Origin: a virus
Strand: one strand, 5' to 3'
DNA length: 64,000 bases
IMG/VR virus record: IMGVR_UViG_3300028394_003336
The notes beneath the pieces are model-generated. The model did no database searches. It was not told the DNA's origin and was given only the letters and a program-made list of their open reading frames with translations. Made by a program: the position numbers and the translations under genes. Below are positions 21,323 through 30,513 of the stretch, one piece after another (positions within the stretch are counted from its first letter, which is position 1; every line of letters begins with the position of its first letter).

Positions 21323-22147
21323 TTATATTTTATTTCCACAAGATGGACAAAACTTATAGTTTGATTTCATCTTGGTTCCACACTCAGTACAATATTGTCT
21401 AATTTCTTCAACATTAATATTTTTAGTACTTATTGGTTGAATCTTAAATTTAATTGTATGAGATGTATGATAATTAAATTGTTCGTATGAATTGGTGAAA
21501 GTTTGATTTGATTGCTCACCCTTTTCAACTCTACCCGTTTCAATTGATTTACTTTTCTTCTTTGGTGATTTACCACTCAACAACGTACTTGATGTGTCAA
21601 ATTTACTTCTAAAAGTATCTGAAGTAACAGAGCTTGTATAAGTCGCATTTGATAAATTTTGTGTTGTAAGTGTTGATGTACCACAAGTAAGACCTCCTGT
21701 TGTACTAATTGTTGTTCCATAATACGAAGGAATAGTTGTATTTGGACCAGCATAAATGGTTCTATTACTATTCAAGTATAAAAAATTATTACTAATTTCT
21801 TGTTCGCTATAGAACTCAACTAATACATCCCCATTTAAATCAATTGCAGACCTATTTTCAGACGTGTCTTTTACTTTGTAGGTACTGAACTCAAACTTGT
21901 TATTAGAGTCAAGGAAACGTTCTAAAAACACTCTCTGACCTGACTTCAATACAATACCACTTGTGGATATGTAAGAACCATTTAATTTGATTTTACAGAG
22001 AACTGTTTTGTTTGTTGGATTATGAATTTCAAATTCAAAATTGTCTTTATCATTTAAGAAGACAATATGGCCGTTATAGACCTTTAGACGTGACTTTTTC
22101 TTTGTGATGTGCGCAGTCGGTTTGCCCACTTGTGTTGCGTAATTCAT
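21323..22147 (-). CDS. Protein with C-terminal zinc ribbon
   Basis: CTECG...FCPSCG; S/T-rich linker. Confidence 0.75.
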   Translation of the reverse strand: MNYATQVGKPTAHITKKKSRLKVYNGHIVFLNDKDNFEFEIHNPTNKTVLCKIKLNGSYISTSGIVLKSGQRVFLERFLDSNNKFEFSTYKVKDTSENRSAIDLNGDVLVEFYSEQEISNNFLYLNSNRTIYAGPNTTIPSYYGTTISTTGGLTCGTSTLTTQNLSNATYTSSVTSDTFRSKFDTSSTLLSGKSPKKKSKSIETGRVEKGEQSNQTFTNSYEQFNYHTSHTIKFKIQPISTKNINVEEIRQYCTECGTKMKSNYKFCPSCGNKI

Positions 22148-22178
22148 TTTTTTTAATTTTATATTAGCTTATGACTAC

Positions 22179-22238
22179 GTTACCAATACCTTTGTATCCG
22201 TGAATACTCAACAGCCATTACGACTGGGGACTGATAAC
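22179..22238 (-). promoter_or_regulatory. Candidate structured 5'-UTR element (three-way junction)
   Basis: GUUAUCAGU/AUUGGUAAC basal stem enclosing CAGUC/GGCUG and GUAUU/GAUAC hairpins. Confidence 0.45.
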
Positions 22239-22307
22239 TTAAAATCTAATAATAAATATAGTAAAATTTTTTTTGATGAAAACAAAAAATGTCTTATCTT
22301 TGTATCT

Positions 22308-22520
22308 ATGAGAAAATTAATTCTTTTTATTGTATTGTTAGTGGGATTTACTTCTTGTTCTTCTACAAGACATGGTATTGTAAAAATGCCAAAACAATCT
22401 TATGTAAAATGGTATTCCAAAAATTCTTTGAAAAAATATTCTAAAGAATTTTATGGGAAAGATTGGACAAAAAGGGATACTGTTTTTGTACCTATATTAG
22501 ATACTACAAAATTTAATTAA
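22308..22520 (+). CDS. Small lipoprotein
   Basis: MRKLILFIVLLVGFTS-C lipobox; TATCTTTG directly upstream. Confidence 0.7.
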   Translation: MRKLILFIVLLVGFTSCSSTRHGIVKMPKQSYVKWYSKNSLKKYSKEFYGKDWTKRDTVFVPILDTTKFN

Positions 22521-24077
22521 TTATTGAATAATAAGTTTTAAAATACTTCCTTTTGTTCCTTGTATTGTAACACCTTTTTCATTTTCAATATCGGAAGTTA
22601 AGTAAAAATAATTTTGTTCTCCATCAACAGGAGTTGCCTGAGAGTAGTTTTTTATAAATTTTTCCTTTCTTTTTGAATACTGAAATTGTATAAGGGGATA
22701 TCTTACTATAAACTCAAGATTGCCTGGTACGGAAAATTGTCCTACTTTATTTTGTATTGTATCGTTAATGTATTTTATAGTAGTTGGATATTTTTGTTTA
22801 TTTTTTAGATTAACTACATAAAATTCGCCTTCTTCTCTTTGTCCCAAAACTTGTAGATTGTAAGTTCTTGTGAAAACATTTGTGTTAAGAGCATTTTTAA
22901 CAAAATTAAAACCTTGTGTTTGAGCAACTTCAATATATTGTTTTTGTAAAGCAACTTGTTCAGCGGCAACTTTAGCATCCTCATCTTGTTTCTTTTTCAC
23001 CTTTGCTGCTTCTTCAGCCGCAATTTCATCTTGTATCGCCTTCATTTCTTCGTTGGTGGCTTGTACTGACATTTTTATTGGGATACCACATCCATCTAAA
23101 ACCATTAAAGACCATGGTCCTTTATCACCTTTTTTGGAACCTGTCGCAACACAAGGAGATGGGAAATTGGTATTTGGGAATAGTTGTTTATTGTTTTTGT
23201 CTTTTATGTAAATTTCAGGTATTGATGAATGGCAATTTTGGGCTAAGCAAGAATACCATAACACTAACTGTTTTTTCTTTTCAAATTCAGGATTATTAAC
23301 TATTTGATTAACCATTTCAGGAGTAACCTCAACAACCGAATTCCTATTACAATCTCTTCCTTGACACCCTCCATTATTTAAGTTGGCAGTTCCCACTCTT
23401 GTCTTATTCAAATAAACCGCAAAAACCGCTTCATCACAAAAATGGTCTCCTCTACATGGTATTTGTGGGCTTGATTCATTTATGTAAACAAATTGTATTT
23501 TTAAACCAACTAAACATTCCGTAGTTACTTCTCCAGATGCCACTACAGAAAAACGAATAAATTGTTCCGCCTGATATTTTGGGTCATTTGGGTCCAATCC
23601 TTTTGGTGTTTTTCCTATTTCGGTTTTAAACTGTGGGATTTTTGGCATGGAAGGTAACTCTCCTTTTTGAACTAACCCGTTAAAAAAATCTGTTAATATT
23701 CTTGTAATTGTTTGTCCTCTTAAATTTGCAAGTTCTCCTGTACCTAAACTTTTCTTATTTTCTTTATCGTAATTTGTTGGTTTGGATTCCCCTGTGGTTA
23801 GTTGAATTTCCATAGGGATTCCTTTGTACTGTTTTAAATAATCCGCGATTTGAGTTAAAACATTTGTTATCTGCGTTTTTTGACTAGGACTTAACGCATT
23901 TTCGGAATGATACCCACTAGCAAAAGTTTGACTTGGTAAATCAAATGTTTTTGGTTCAATAGTTTGAGTTTTTTTAATTTGCTCGTTAACCAAGTATAAA
24001 TTTTTTGTTGCACTTTCATGCATCATTAATATTCTTTTAACTTCTTCTGTGTCAATATTCCAATTCTGTTTAATCAT
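22521..24077 (-). CDS. Hypothetical late protein (possible OmpA-like N-terminal region)
   Basis: FASG...LANLRGQTI loosely resembles OmpA_C; late motif at 24082-24088. Confidence 0.5.
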   Translation of the reverse strand: MIKQNWNIDTEEVKRILMMHESATKNLYLVNEQIKKTQTIEPKTFDLPSQTFASGYHSENALSPSQKTQITNVLTQIADYLKQYKGIPMEIQLTTGESKPTNYDKENKKSLGTGELANLRGQTITRILTDFFNGLVQKGELPSMPKIPQFKTEIGKTPKGLDPNDPKYQAEQFIRFSVVASGEVTTECLVGLKIQFVYINESSPQIPCRGDHFCDEAVFAVYLNKTRVGTANLNNGGCQGRDCNRNSVVEVTPEMVNQIVNNPEFEKKKQLVLWYSCLAQNCHSSIPEIYIKDKNNKQLFPNTNFPSPCVATGSKKGDKGPWSLMVLDGCGIPIKMSVQATNEEMKAIQDEIAAEEAAKVKKKQDEDAKVAAEQVALQKQYIEVAQTQGFNFVKNALNTNVFTRTYNLQVLGQREEGEFYVVNLKNKQKYPTTIKYINDTIQNKVGQFSVPGNLEFIVRYPLIQFQYSKRKEKFIKNYSQATPVDGEQNYFYLTSDIENEKGVTIQGTKGSILKLIIQ

Positions 24078-24098
24078 AATGATAAATATACTGGAAAT

Positions 24099-24128
24099 AA
24101 AAAAAGGGTCCCTTGTGAGGACCCTTTT
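24099..24128 (-). terminator. Intrinsic terminator after the major capsid gene
   Basis: AAAAGGGTCC/GGACCCTTTT stem with U-tract on the minus strand. Confidence 0.8.
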
Positions 24129-24149
24129 GTATAATTGGTTTGGACCAGA

Positions 24150-25961
24150 TTATCTTAACTCTTTTAAGTCAAATGTTCTAACTCCATCAACTGTGATTCT
24201 ACCATAGAATCTGTTGTTCACCATTTTCTTAGCGTATCTAGTCATGATACCTTTGATTGGTGTGAAGTTAAATGGATTGTACATTGTTGGAGTAAGTTGT
24301 AAAGGTACATATGGTGCGTAAATGTAACCAGTGTCTAATAAAGACGTACCTTTATGTCCAATCAACACTTGGTTTGGTGGGAAGTAAGGGTCTCTATAAA
24401 CTTGGTATCTACCAGCTAAAGTACCTACTCTCTCAATACCCATGTTGTATTGGTCTTGCTCTGGAGCCGCATTTGATACGTGGAAATATTCCAAATCATC
24501 AAAAATTGCACTGATTTCAGAAGAAACCACAATCCAGTTAGCACCACCTCTTAAAGTAGACTTGTGAATTTGTGCAGATAATTGGTTGATTGCTGTAATC
24601 AATGTTTGGTTCCAGTCTTTTTGTGTGTAAGGTTGAGCGTTACCGCCTAATCTCTTCCAACCGTTGTAATCCCATCTTAAGTTCCAAGCCGCACCTTTTC
24701 TAAGGTCTCTCAAGATTTCTCTATCAATTTCAGCCGCAACTTGTTCAGATAATAAAGCTGTTAATTCAGCTTCAGCATCAATGTTGTGGAATGCTGCAAC
24801 GTCTTGTGCCATTTCTGGAGACCATTGAGCTCTTAATTTTCTTTCAGTTACAGAAACTGTTACTGACATAAGGTCAAACGAAACTTCACCGATTCTATCT
24901 TCAAATTCTAAGTTCTTATAGATTCTATAAGTTGCTGAGAACGCGTTGTTAGACGCTGTAGAAGAAGAGAATGTAGAACCTGTGTAACCGTCCATAGAAC
25001 CGCCACAAGTAATACATACTGGTACTTGTAAATCAACTTCCAAATAAATGAATCCGTTTACATCACAAATGTTGTCATATTGACCACCATCTGTTAATGA
25101 ATTAGGGAAAACTAAGTTTTGGTTATTGTTACCGTATTGAACAATACCTTTACCATATCTTTGAGTTACAACTCTGAATAAGTAAGGACCTCCACCTGCT
25201 GTTGTTGTATTTGTAGAAACACCATTGATTGTTAAATCAGCTAAGAAAGCTTCAGTATCAATTGGGTTACCATCTGGACCAATTAATTTTCCAGCAGCTA
25301 CAGATGCAAAACCTGACATGATAACTAATACTTTTCTGTAATCAGTTAAAGCGTATGCTGCTGCGTCTAAGTTTAACGTTGTGTTATTCCATTGTGCTGT
25401 AACACAAGAAGTAACTGCAGATGTGATAGAACTAAATTGTCCTTTAGAATAATCATATAAACCTGGAGGGTCTAATGCAGGTTCGTTACCTTCGTAGAAT
25501 CTATCATAAAGGTCTCTTCCTGTATTATAATCATATCCAGCGTTTGGTGATGCAGGACCACTTGGTGCTCCGTAAGGAGGATAATGTATTCCTGTGTTGT
25601 CATCTTGACCACCACCTGTTTCGTAGGATTGAATGTTAGGTACAAAGTAGAATAATTTACCGATTGGTAAGTTCATTGCTTGTACTGAAACGATATCGTT
25701 TGCTAATAATTTAGAGAAAACTCTTCTAACGATAGGGAAAACAACTGTTTCAAATGCACCTGTATCAGATGTAGATGATGCTTCATTAATTAAAAATGAT
25801 GCTTGGTTTTCGTAAAGTTGAGCTACGTTTTCTCTCATGTGACCTTTAAGACCTTCTAAAAAGCCTAATTTGTCCCATTTGTTGATTGTATCTTCTTTGA
25901 TAACTTTAAGGTGCTTAAGACCGATGTTACCAACAAGACCTGATTCTAATAATGCTCCCAT
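24150..25961 (-). CDS. gp23: Major capsid protein (T4 gp23-like)
   Basis: VSVQAMNLP, RKLRAQWSPEMAQD, AELTALLSEQVAAEIDREI, YAPYVPL and GIMTRYA motifs. Confidence 0.97.
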   Translation of the reverse strand: MGALLESGLVGNIGLKHLKVIKEDTINKWDKLGFLEGLKGHMRENVAQLYENQASFLINEASSTSDTGAFETVVFPIVRRVFSKLLANDIVSVQAMNLPIGKLFYFVPNIQSYETGGGQDDNTGIHYPPYGAPSGPASPNAGYDYNTGRDLYDRFYEGNEPALDPPGLYDYSKGQFSSITSAVTSCVTAQWNNTTLNLDAAAYALTDYRKVLVIMSGFASVAAGKLIGPDGNPIDTEAFLADLTINGVSTNTTTAGGGPYLFRVVTQRYGKGIVQYGNNNQNLVFPNSLTDGGQYDNICDVNGFIYLEVDLQVPVCITCGGSMDGYTGSTFSSSTASNNAFSATYRIYKNLEFEDRIGEVSFDLMSVTVSVTERKLRAQWSPEMAQDVAAFHNIDAEAELTALLSEQVAAEIDREILRDLRKGAAWNLRWDYNGWKRLGGNAQPYTQKDWNQTLITAINQLSAQIHKSTLRGGANWIVVSSEISAIFDDLEYFHVSNAAPEQDQYNMGIERVGTLAGRYQVYRDPYFPPNQVLIGHKGTSLLDTGYIYAPYVPLQLTPTMYNPFNFTPIKGIMTRYAKKMVNNRFYGRITVDGVRTFDLKELR

Positions 25962-25983
25962 TTTAGTATTTGTTTTGTTTTAT

Positions 25984-27663
25984 TTATTTTATTTTTGTCA
26001 TCAAATCCTTCATTCTTAAGAATTGAGGATTTTCGTACGTTTTTGATTCAATTAAAGTTGTCGCTGAACCTGAAGACATTGTGTTATTGATTGTCTTTTC
26101 AACTGATTCATTAACTGATTTAGTTTCTGTTTTTCCTAACTCATCTTTTAAAGACCTGTAAAGATTTTTAGATTCTTTAAGAGTTTCAACATCGTCAAAT
26201 CTTCTTAAGATATTGATTTTCTCTTTTTTAGTTGTTGAATGTTCTGTAAACAATCTTGTAGCATATGCCAAGTTTGAGTTGAATATAGCAACTTCAGTAA
26301 GTTTTTCTCTGAAAACATTTAATGCTTTTCTATATTCTTCATTCTTTTCTCTTAACATTTTTACTTCAGACTCAAGAGATTCTACTTTAACACCACTATT
26401 ACTGTAAACATAGTTTCTATTATTAGTGATACCTTTTCTTAAACCTCTACCTTCTTTTGAACCATTACCATAAGTTCTTGCAGCTTCTTTAGTTTCTGCC
26501 TTCTTAACAACTTTTGATTTTTCTTCCATATTTGCTCCCTTCTTGTATTCAAACTTAGCCTTTCCAGTTCCCATTGTTTTAGGACCTTCTTTTTTATCGT
26601 CTTTAAAACCACCTTTACCAGATGATTTGTAAGAGAATTTAGGACCATGACCAAGACCAACACCTTTAGGTTTTTTTACTGCTAATTTTTTGCCCTCTCC
26701 AACATATTTTGGGTTGTAAGATTCCTCCAAATCATCATCAGACTCATCCATTTCATCAGACTCGTCAAGTTCTTCTTCATCTTCGTCGTCAGCTTCATAC
26801 ATGTCATGAGTATGATTTTTGTCATGTTTCATATCAAGTTCTAAATCTCTGATATGAGCAGCATCATCTTTCTCAGCATCTCTGTAGTGGTCAAAATCTG
26901 AATCGTCTTCGTCAAATTCAATTTCATAGACAACTTCGTCCATGTCGTCTTCTTCGTCCATTTCATAGTCTTTGTAGTGTCCGTCAACGTCACCCATTTT
27001 GTGACCACCGCGTCTTTTGAACTCGTGCTTTTTACTACCATACTCTTCTTCCATGTCTTCAGTTTCTTCCATTTCACCACCACCAAAGATTGCATTAATT
27101 ACGTCTTCAGTTGATGCGTCTTGACTATCCTCAGAATCATCAAAATTTAAGTCCATGTTTTCTTTAATTTTCATTTTTTTTATTTTTGATTTTTCCTTTG
27201 ATTCGCCAAGCTTTACGAGATATTCTACGTCAGCGTCATTGTCTTTTAAGTGAACGTTTTCACCATCTTTTTTAACGATGATTCCATCTTCTTCACCCAT
27301 AGCCTTGAACACCTTAAGAATTTCTTCGTCAGAAGCGTCTGTTAAATCTATTGGAGTTTCTTCGGAATCCATGTCCATATCCATGTCCATGTCATCCACA
27401 TTATCTGCGTCTAAATCAACGTCATCTTCAACATCAATGTCTGTATCCATCTCTGTGTCTACATCATCTTCTGTGTCATCTACGTCAATTTCAGCATCTA
27501 AGTCAACCTCATCTTGTTCAGAAAGAGATTCTTTTACTAATTGATTGATTTCTTCCTTCATAGTAGAAGCAAGTATTCCTTTTGCATTCTCGGCGATAGC
27601 TTCTTCAACATTTTTCATTTGAATAAGTGCCTCCTCAACTGGATTTTTTTTAGTTTCTTGCAT
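25984..27663 (-). CDS. Prohead core/scaffold protein (gp22-like position), highly acidic
   Basis: Directly upstream of the capsid gene; D/E-rich with a C-terminal coiled coil. Confidence 0.75.
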   Translation of the reverse strand: MQETKKNPVEEALIQMKNVEEAIAENAKGILASTMKEEINQLVKESLSEQDEVDLDAEIDVDDTEDDVDTEMDTDIDVEDDVDLDADNVDDMDMDMDMDSEETPIDLTDASDEEILKVFKAMGEEDGIIVKKDGENVHLKDNDADVEYLVKLGESKEKSKIKKMKIKENMDLNFDDSEDSQDASTEDVINAIFGGGEMEETEDMEEEYGSKKHEFKRRGGHKMGDVDGHYKDYEMDEEDDMDEVVYEIEFDEDDSDFDHYRDAEKDDAAHIRDLELDMKHDKNHTHDMYEADDEDEEELDESDEMDESDDDLEESYNPKYVGEGKKLAVKKPKGVGLGHGPKFSYKSSGKGGFKDDKKEGPKTMGTGKAKFEYKKGANMEEKSKVVKKAETKEAARTYGNGSKEGRGLRKGITNNRNYVYSNSGVKVESLESEVKMLREKNEEYRKALNVFREKLTEVAIFNSNLAYATRLFTEHSTTKKEKINILRRFDDVETLKESKNLYRSLKDELGKTETKSVNESVEKTINNTMSSGSATTLIESKTYENPQFLRMKDLMTKIK

Positions 27664-27720
27664 GAAAATATTTAATTATTTAACTAATAAATAGTGTCAA
27701 AACATAAAAAAGTTGATTTT

Positions 27721-28044
27721 TTATATTTGAACAAACGGTCTATTTTGATATTGTAAGTTTTGTAAGCTTTTTCCTGTTTGAGAATTCACCCAAGAAATAA
27801 CATTATTATAAGTGTCATAGATTATATATGATGAACTCATACTTGTAACATTATCCTTTAAACCCACATTATAAGATTCACTTGAAGATGTGTTATTACC
27901 AATAAAAATTTGGTTTTGAATATTAATAGAACTGATAGCATCACCAGTTCCTTCAAGGTATGCAGCGCAACTACTCCAAGTATTTCCGCTGATTAATTTA
28001 TTTGAATTCACACCTGATATTTGTAATGAGCAACTGAATAACAT
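27721..28044 (-). CDS. Hypothetical late protein
   Basis: Late motif at 28059-28066. Confidence 0.6.
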   Translation of the reverse strand: MLFSCSLQISGVNSNKLISGNTWSSCAAYLEGTGDAISSINIQNQIFIGNNTSSSESYNVGLKDNVTSMSSSYIIYDTYNNVISWVNSQTGKSLQNLQYQNRPFVQI

Positions 28045-28077
28045 ATTATTTAATTTACTATAAATATGTTCTAAAAT

Positions 28078-28102
28078 AAAAAAAGTGGTACAAGACCACT
28101 TT
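28078..28102 (-). terminator. Intrinsic terminator
   Basis: AAAGTGGT/ACCACTTT stem with U-tract. Confidence 0.6.
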
Positions 28103-28310
28103 ATTCAATTACTTCGTCAATTTTACTTTCCGAAACTGAGGTTATTCTCCAATCGTGAGTAAAACCTTCATATCTTTTTGTGACTTTTGCTTCCACATCT
28201 GTCACTGAAAAACCCTTAACAAGTTTTTCTTCTCTAATTTTTTTGATTTTACCAGAATTCTCATCAGGTAAGTCATACTGAATTTTTGCTACAAAAAATT
28301 TTTCGTCCAT
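28101..28310 (-). CDS. DUF4494-like protein
   Basis: FVAKIQY...GKIKKIREEKLV...SVTDVEAKV pattern of a Bacteroidota family. Confidence 0.65.
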   Translation of the reverse strand: MDEKFFVAKIQYDLPDENSGKIKKIREEKLVKGFSVTDVEAKVTKRYEGFTHDWRITSVSESKIDEVIE

Positions 28311-28314
28311 AATA

Positions 28315-29037
28315 TTATTTTCCCAAAAAATCGTTCAATTTTTTCATTAAGTCAAGAGACTTATCCATTGAATCTGGTTGAGATTGTTGTTTGTGCTTTA
28401 TTTCTTCTTCTAAATTTTCCTCATACTTGTTTCTATCATCAGGATTAGAAAATAAATAAGCACCTGGTGTTGATGGTGAGGATACTAAATCAAAACAAAT
28501 TAACTCAAAATCGTCTTGAACTTCATTTCTTTCTCCAACCTTTTTTAAAGAACCAACTCCTCTTGAAGAAACTCCCATTGTTACACCTTGTCTCATTAAG
28601 TTAGCGGCTTGGTCACCTTTAGTTGACACAATACCTCTTTCATGAAATCCTGGAGATGTTAACAATTTAAGTTTACCCATCAAAATATTTTTATCCCACC
28701 AAATATCAGTAATGATGTGAGATACTCTATCTAAGTCAATTAGAGATGATTCAGGGTGATTTAATTCTGAAGTAGATAAACCTTTATCAATTGCTTTTTT
28801 ATAATTTTCGGCTTCTCTTTTTAAAATCCTTTCAGGATAAAATCTACCGTTTCTATTTGGAGTATCGTATTTCTGAAGAACCGCATAAAATTCAAATGGA
28901 TTTTTATAATCCAAGTTTGCAGCTTCTTTTAAAATATCTGAATTAAGTCTATCTTTTGGAGATACGTGACCCGCATCCATTTCAATTAGTATACCATGAC
29001 CAACTTCGCTAGCCTCTAAAATTCTCAAATTTTTCAT
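28315..29037 (-). CDS. gp21: Prohead protease (T4 gp21-like)
   Basis: NRNGRFYP, ELNHP, GVSSRGVGS and FDLVSSPS motifs. Confidence 0.93.
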   Translation of the reverse strand: MKNLRILEASEVGHGILIEMDAGHVSPKDRLNSDILKEAANLDYKNPFEFYAVLQKYDTPNRNGRFYPERILKREAENYKKAIDKGLSTSELNHPESSLIDLDRVSHIITDIWWDKNILMGKLKLLTSPGFHERGIVSTKGDQAANLMRQGVTMGVSSRGVGSLKKVGERNEVQDDFELICFDLVSSPSTPGAYLFSNPDDRNKYEENLEEEIKHKQQSQPDSMDKSLDLMKKLNDFLGK

Positions 29038-29073
29038 CTAATCTTTTATGATAAATATACGGTATTGATAAGT

Positions 29074-29514
29074 TTATTCTTTTTCGTCTTTTTTAGAAAT
29101 TGAAAATTCAAAATGTTTGTTTTCTATAATGTTGTTTTTAAAAATGTTTCGTACGATTTGTTTTACTGAATCTTTAATTTCCTTTGATTTGAAATCTATT
29201 TCAGATATTGTAAAAAGATTTACCTCTAAATTAAAAAAGGATTTTTTTCCGTGAGATATTCCACTTGTTCTTAAATCTAAATCAACAATACTATTTTCTT
29301 GGAAAATTTTTTGATTGATTGAATTAAATACGGAATGTTTAATTTCTCTGTTTAAATTACCTACAATACGATTCCAATTTTCAGTCTCATATTTTGGTGT
29401 AATCCAAGATTGGATGTTAATATAGACGGATTTTAGGTTTTTGGAATCAACTGTTCCATAGACTGATTTAATAGGATTGTATAAATTCAACTTTACACTT
29501 TTGCCTTTTTTCAT
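29074..29514 (-). CDS. Hypothetical protein
   Basis: ORF in the head cluster. Confidence 0.7.
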   Translation of the reverse strand: MKKGKSVKLNLYNPIKSVYGTVDSKNLKSVYINIQSWITPKYETENWNRIVGNLNREIKHSVFNSINQKIFQENSIVDLDLRTSGISHGKKSFFNLEVNLFTISEIDFKSKEIKDSVKQIVRNIFKNNIIENKHFEFSISKKDEKE

Positions 29515-29611
29515 TAATTTTCATTGTTATTATGTTTATTTTCATTAAAAAAATAACACATATAAATGTTAATGTCAAAAATTTTTTAAGTTTTCAAGAT
29601 ATTTGTAAGAT

Positions 29612-29797
29612 ATGCTAATAATAGAAATCAAAAACGGAGAGAATATTGAAAGAGCTCTCAAAACACTTAAGTCAAAAGTGATTAAAACAAAACAGAATCA
29701 AAAACTTTCAGGTAGAAAACAATACATTAAACCTTCTGTTGTAAACAGAAATAAAGTTTTAAAGGCAATTTATATTCAGAAAAAAAGAATATCTTAA
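29612..29797 (+). CDS. rpsU: Ribosomal protein bS21
   Basis: IEIKNGENIERALKTLKSKV...RKQYIKPSV signature; 61 aa, basic. Confidence 0.88.
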   Translation: MLIIEIKNGENIERALKTLKSKVIKTKQNQKLSGRKQYIKPSVVNRNKVLKAIYIQKKRIS

Positions 29798-30492
29798 ATT
29801 GACCCTTCTAAGTTTTTAAGTTTTAAGAAATTAACCTGGTCAAACTTTTCAGTCTTAAGTCTATCAATTGTTTCAGAAATTTTTGTTTTTAACTCAAACT
29901 CTTCTTCGTTATCTAAAATAGATTTTAATTTAGTAATAGTACTTTCTTTTAAAGTTTCAAATTTTGTCTCAAGAGATTTAGAATCTTCAGAAATTAATTT
30001 AAAAAATTCTTTTTTAGTGTTTTCATCTAAAGTTTCAATATAAGTTCTTAAAGTTTGATTTGCAATATTAACCATTGATTTGATTGGTATATTGATTGAT
30101 TCTTTAATTGTTTTTGAATTAGATGTTAAAATAGAAATTATATTTCTTTTTGATTGTATCCTCTCATGAAGATTTAATTTGTTAGTATAAACTAACGTAT
30201 CAATATCAGAATATTTGTTTTCGGCTGATTCCTCCAAAGCCTTTGGAAGTTTAATAGATGGTAAAATTTTACCTAAAAGATTTACACCTTCTTCTAAAAA
30301 TTCTTTAGCGTCGGATTCAGATAATCCCTGAGGAGTACTTAATTGGTCATACAAAGAATAAGCCTTTGAAATTGGCTTATCATTCAAAACATTGTGTTTG
30401 AATTCTCTCAAAGATTTCTTGAATTCTTTTTCGTTCTGATACGACTCAAGAAGATTTTTTTCAATTATGGATTTTATTTTACCGAAGGTCAT
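29794..30492 (-). CDS. Hypothetical head-morphogenesis protein
   Basis: Between portal and protease; late motif at 30507-30513. Confidence 0.65.
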   Translation of the reverse strand: MTFGKIKSIIEKNLLESYQNEKEFKKSLREFKHNVLNDKPISKAYSLYDQLSTPQGLSESDAKEFLEEGVNLLGKILPSIKLPKALEESAENKYSDIDTLVYTNKLNLHERIQSKRNIISILTSNSKTIKESINIPIKSMVNIANQTLRTYIETLDENTKKEFFKLISEDSKSLETKFETLKESTITKLKSILDNEEEFELKTKISETIDRLKTEKFDQVNFLKLKNLEGSI

Positions 30493-30513
30493 CTTAACAT
30501 TTTTTAATAAATA

